A stretch of 64,000 bases of DNA. It comes from the human T2T-CHM13v2.0 reference genome, Homo sapiens. The DNA lies in the NCBI RefSeq assembly GCF_009914755.1, contig NC_060932.1; one strand, given 5' to 3'. Shown one piece after another: positions 57,901 to 64,000 of this stretch (the first letter of the stretch is position 1; the number at the start of each line of letters is the position of its first letter). The notes under the pieces were generated by a model. It ran no database searches. It was not told the origin of the DNA and worked only from the letters and a program-made list of their open reading frames with translations. The position numbers were made by a program, and so were the translations under genes.

Positions 57901-58319
57901 TACCATTGTTTACATTTAAGAAAACCCCAAAACAGGCAATCTCATCTTGCTGTGTATTTTAAGCTTTACCTAAATAGTTAAGATTTAAAGATTATTTCAG
58001 ATGAAATTATAAACGATTTATATGTCAACATGTTGGTTATAGAAGTTTCAATCTCATGACTTTTTGCATGACTCGTTTCTTTGTTAAGTACTGCAGAGTT
58101 CTGAAGTCCAATGTCATGCATAGATATTATAAAACTGGACACCTAGGAAACATTCTAAAACCTAGAGAGACAATAACATTTGAATTTCCTGAACATTGCA
58201 AGTGTCAGCACCAGTGATAAGATTTTTAGGAGGTCTTGAGCTTCAGTTAGATAGAAGATAGAAATTGGAGGAATATTTAGTAAATGACACGAGACAGATA
58301 GATACAATAGACTTGATGG

Positions 58320-58461
58320 GGCCAAGAGCAGTGGCTCACCCTGTAATACCAGTGTTTTGGGAGGTAGAGGCAGGAGGATCCCTTGAGGCCAGGAGTTCAA
58401 GACCAACCTGGGCAGTACAGTGAGACCATGTCTCTTCAAAAATTAAAAATTAAAAAAAAAA
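58320..58461 (+). mobile_element. Free left Alu monomer (FLAM-like)
   Basis: ggccaagagcagtggctcaccctgtaatacc...gaggccaggagttcaagaccaacctgggcagtacagtgagacc plus A-tail; no right arm. Confidence 0.85.
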
Positions 58462-61400
58462 GTCTGGACTAAGATTTGATGGAAGAGTAAAAGAAGCATC
58501 ACCGAACAGATGTCAGGGGGAACCTTCCGGAGACCTGAAAGAGGGCTGTATCTATCTCTCAAAGTGGTTTACACTTTTTGTAATAATGAACTGATTTGAA
58601 GCACGAGTTAAAAGGTTGATCTTTATGTCTAAAATTCTTTCTTTGACCAGATATTCTTATTTTTCCTTTCTTATTCTTTAATTTCTGATGAGTTCATCTT
58701 CCCTCTCATTGAGAATTTAGATGCCTGCCATTCCTATCACTGCTTTCCGAGCCTCCCTTTTCTTTCTTCTTAGCCTCGATCCCAGAGTCAGGAATTTAAT
58801 AATGGTCCATTTGGCATCCCTGGTCTCTCCACCCATTGTCCTTTCATCCACTCACCTTTGCATAGGTAAATCCCAACCCCCAGATGGGCATTCATTCACT
58901 TTCTCAACCCCCTTGTAGACTGCAAACACTGAGTCATTTGTAATAAACTTCCTACGACATTTCCTGTAGAGTGTATTGCAAATCTTTCTACTGTTTTAAA
59001 AAACTACATCTTATCTTCTCTCACTCTTTATAAATGACCTTTATGGTTTACTCTGAAGATCAAAGCCATTTGATATGTCTCCTCCACTCCCTTCCTCTAC
59101 CCTATAGAAGTTGTCTTTGCCTATCTTTCCCCTCGCGTTTTTTGTTGACCTCTCCTAGTCCCTTTCAACTTCTCCAATTGTTTTTTCTCTTTCCTCTTTT
59201 ATCGGTTTATTTTCCTCTCATCACCTACCATATAGATGTTCACTAAGTTTCCATTCTTGGATCTCTATTTCTTATATATCTGTTCATTTTGCAAACTATC
59301 TATCATGGCTTCCAACTGCGGCACAAAAGATTTCTAATATACACAGGCACTTTTTAACACTGAGTATTTGCCTCTCTCTTTACCTTCAGATTCATATATC
59401 TACTTGCCTGTTGGGCAGTCCTTCCTGCTACACCAACTTTCATTTGTTTAATGTTCCATAATCTTTCCTTCCAAACCAGGTGTTTGCTCTTTCCCTTATT
59501 AGTCCCACTATCCTTCTCCAGTTTTTATCAGTTAAAAATTAATTAAAGTGTTAATTTTTTTCTAATAAGACAATTAGAGTATGGCTTTTCCATTTGTCCC
59601 TCTGCTTCTTATCCTCTCTTAGTTCAATCATCCTATATTATTATTTCAACAAATATTGATGGACATTTGCTATTTTTAAGACTTCTCCTAGGCAATGGAG
59701 ATACAGACATAAGAAAGCCCAAGCCTGCCTGTCATGTGATCACAGCCTGATGCGAAAAAGATCTTCCATGAACGCTATACCCATGATTAGTAACTTTTAT
59801 GATAGGACAAAACTCAATTCAAGGTGGCTTAAGCAAAAAGATAATTTATTGGATCATGTAACTAAAGAATCCAATGTAGTACTTTAAGTAAGTCATGGTA
59901 AGGTTTCAAACAATGTGACCAGAAATTGGTTTCTTAGTCTTTTTCTTGACCCACTTATTCTTGGCAATCAACCTGGTCACAAGATAGCTGGCAATAACTT
60001 GTAAGGCTATAATGTCACCAGTTTAAATACAGCACCAAAGAGAGAGAATGCAGACAATTGTTATCTTAGAGGTATGTATCAAGCACATTGGGAACATGCA
60101 AGAATATACTCCTTCTGCCAGGTGGACACCAGGAAGGCTACCTAGAAGAGATAACAGTTGAAAGAATATAACATATAGAAAAGCTTATCTGACCTAAATT
60201 TAAGAGCCTGGTATGCTAGTTCAAAGACTTTGCCCACACCAATATCAGCAAATAAATCTAGAAAGTCCTAGGAAGGAATCATTATTCATTCTTTTCATTT
60301 AGCCTTATCTATACAACCAAATCTTTGTCATCTAAAGGGATAGAATAGAGACACAAACAGGTGCATGTCTGTCTTCCACCAGCCAACATTCAGTCAATAA
60401 GCAACCTGAGACCCTGATGCTAGCAGCTGTTGACTTTATCCTGATCTTCCCTTCCTTTACCCAACCAATTTAAATCTAGATGGTGCATCCACCACCAGAC
60501 TGACTTCAGGGGAGGACCATGAAATCTAAGGCAGAGGGTCACTTCAATTCAGATGAACCCTCAAGAAAAAACTTCCTGGAATGTGGAATTGGTAATTATT
60601 AGCCTCAGCAACACTAGCCGAGAACACAGAAGGCAATTAGCCTTGCTACCAGAGACAGTGTAAAAAGCCAAAGCCCTTTCTCTTACCCATTTTCTGATGA
60701 GTTGCTATAAAGAAATCAGTTCTTCAATCGTTCATTTTAAACCTTAAATATGGCTAATGGTTCATGTATTTCCAATATTTACCGAACATCAGAATACATG
60801 TGGATCAGGTTATTTGTTCAAGGATAGTCCTTGAGACATCATTATTAGGAAGATCATAGCACTAGAAATTGACCCTGAACCTGTGATTTCAACACAACAG
60901 GTCACTGAAATTAACTGAGCATATAAAGGAAGAAAACAGCACATCTGACAAGGTGCAAACAAGCAAACAATTGATGGATTAGATTTTGTGCTTTTCAGCC
61001 AGGTGTGTGGGCATTTCATAGAGAAAACATTTTGAAGACACTCTCTGGAATCCTAATTTATTCAAAAGAATCTTTAAAAGTGGAAGAAGGTAATGTCTTG
61101 CATTTCAAGGGTGTGGAAGAATTAAAAGATTTCCAGGCAGTCCAAGTTTCAATATTTTATGGGTAGGTATAGGGGTGAGGGATATTTACCAATGACTTTA
61201 TAAACAGATATACAAATATATATAGCTACACAAATACATACAAGCTGTATGCTTATAAATGGAAAATGTTGAGGTTGGTATTTTTTTCTTATAGAAAGCA
61301 TATGCATACAAACCTAAATATCTGTGGGCTGATATCTCAGCATGACTGTTTTTAACCTACAAAAATGGCAATTGAATATGGTTATATGTGTGTGTGCATG

Positions 61401-62454
61401 TGTGTATGTGTGTGAGACAGTATAACAAACACATACATTCTATTCTTAAATACTCTTAATTTGAAGTCTTTGATTAACTAAAAGTGTACTTTTTTATTTA
61501 AAACAACTACTTCTTTTCTCAAAGTCCCTCTAACCCTGGAATAAGGGAACACTTGAACATCATTTATCTAGTGAATTATTATTTTAATTAAACATTTTTA
61601 AAAAAGAACTTCTTTGCTCTCATTTAAATTATTTATATGTAATTTTATAGATAATCTATAAAATCTTAACTACCATTTTTTATGGAACTATAATAATCAT
61701 GATCATAATAAAATCAACTAGCATTAATTGAACACTTACTATGTGGTAAACTCTGAATTTTGTGTGCCAAGTATGTTTTACATGCTTCATTTTGTTCAAT
61801 CCTTATAAATTTCTTATGAGGAGTATTTATCAATATATTGCTTTACATGGGAAGTTGAAGCTCAGAAATGCTACTAACTTCACCAAAACTTGTAAGTAGT
61901 AGAACTCTCTGACTATAAAGCTGAAAATCTTAACTACTTCTTACTGGCCTTTGAGTAAAGTGAAACCCAAATAGAACTTCAGTGAGTCATCTGTCACAGA
62001 ATCCCCAGCAATACTTATCTCTGCTGACAAGAGCACACCCAAGGTCCTGAGTTATTCAGTATAAGCCATAAGTCTGAAAGGGTACAGCCTCATCTCATGG
62101 AAGCAGGTTGTATGGGAAAAGAGAGAGGAGGCAGCAATGATAAGAACAAAGAATATGTTGACATGAGGATAGCAGAGAGCCACAGGCAGTAGAATTGTCT
62201 GAGATGAAAACCCTCAGCAGAAAAGTGAAGCCGTGACAGCCCACAATGTCAAGAGCTAACAGAGGATAAGTGAGAGGTCCCAAAGCAGCCATATTGGATT
62301 TTATCATGTTCATACCCTTAAAGTCACACTGACTCAGGATTTACCCCTATTAATTTTAGGTATTATTCTCATAAGCCTGGTAGTTGGTCTCCCAGCCTAC
62401 GGACTATTTGCTAGAAGCTTCAAAGACAGAGAGGATAGGCTGGCGGGGTAGTGA

Positions 62455-62730
62455 GAGTGGGAATATGTGTGTGTGTGTATGTGTTAGTGTGAGTGTGTGT
62501 GTGTGTATGTATGTGTGTGTGTATGAGTGTGTATGTGTGTGTGTATGTGTGTGACTGTGTGTATGTATGTGAGTGTGTGTGAGTGTGTGTGTGTTCATCT
62601 TCTAGTATCAGGCATGGAGACAAGAAATTGGATCATTGAAAGTATGTGTGTGTGTGTCTGTGTTCATCTTCTAGTATCAGGCATGGAGACAAGGAATTGG
62701 ATCATTGAAAGTACGTGTGTATGTGTGTGA
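62455..62730 (+). repeat. TG-rich simple repeat followed by a 69-bp tandem duplication
   Basis: ttcatcttctagtatcaggcatggagacaag(a/g)aattggatcattgaaagta at 62594 and 62663, each flanked by (TG)n. Confidence 0.95.
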
Positions 62731-63335
62731 GGAAAAGACAGAAAATTTTAAAAAGTAGGCAAAACTAAGAAATGATAAGAATTTGGGCACTGAACAATAT
62801 AAAGGGGGCATGCTATATACTTTTCCAGAGGCATCACGGTATTATGATGAAAATTAATTCATATGGATAATAACGGATTAAATTATTAGAAAAAAAGCCA
62901 TAATTTTATTCAATTTTCTCTTCCAAAAAAAGAAAGGAGAGGATAAAAAATGCAGGTAATTTTTCATCACATTTAAAAATTTTCATAAAATTTTACTAAA
63001 GGGATACATTTTAATTATCTGAAGAATATATTGCCCGTGATATATAATTGCAGATATACAAATTTTCAATAATACTACGATATACATAAGACATACAAAC
63101 TCTTACATTTATGTAGAGATGCAAAGCATCCTATGTCATAAGTGTAGCTCTAATTTAAAGTCTGTTTTAAAGTGGAAGAATAATTAAATATCAATTCTAC
63201 ATATTTGTACTGTAGTTTGATTACCATGTTCAAATAAATTTTGCAATTATCTTCCAATGTGAAACGAATCTCATGTGTATAACAACGTATATTCAATGCC
63301 TATTACTACCTAAAGTAATCAAGAATGGGGAAAAA

Positions 63336-63761
<426 letters not shown>

Positions 63762-64000
63762 TTACGAATGCTGCACGGCCCTTGCCATTTGTTCAGGAGC
63801 TCATTTTATTCACAAAGACATTTCAGGTGTTTCGTGTGTGTTAATTTCCCATATACTTTTTTTCAGCCTGGCTAAAATATATTGGTTTTGTACAAAAGAT
63901 TTCCCATACATGTGGGAAAGCTTAAGGGGCATCTTTTGTGCTCTGCTATGAGCAGACAAATATAATTTATTTCAGCAACAGCCATTAAAAATGGAATGAA

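Noticed and set aside
62404-62730. His/Thr- and Cys/Val-rich ORFs
   Set aside because: Translations of TG/CA simple repeats.

Overview
Primate genomic DNA, almost certainly human (AT-rich, with Alu, MIR, L2, MLT, MER5 and MADE1 repeats). The window holds the 3' part of ANGPT1 (angiopoietin-1) on the minus strand. Five coding exons (canonical exons 5-9: 54796-54923, 45537-45638, 36287-36453, 15837-15967, 3470-3630) have GT-AG boundaries and consistent phases and encode the fibrinogen-related Tie2-binding domain. A ~2.4 kb AU-rich 3'UTR follows, ending near an AATAAA at 1119-1124. The rest is intronic repeat sequence, and nearly all other ORFs in the track are Alu-derived, low-complexity or chance. 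I see no convincing previously undescribed biological system. The best second-look items are modest: a ~200-codon intronic open frame in phase with exon 5 behind a single TAA; an antisense AluY with a TAG acceptor in frame with exon 8; two intact MADE1 hairpins; a palindromic AT-rich VNTR inside a MIR; a duplication-plus-inversion micro-rearrangement; and several local duplications. Repeat boundaries and subfamily names were assigned by eye and are approximate.
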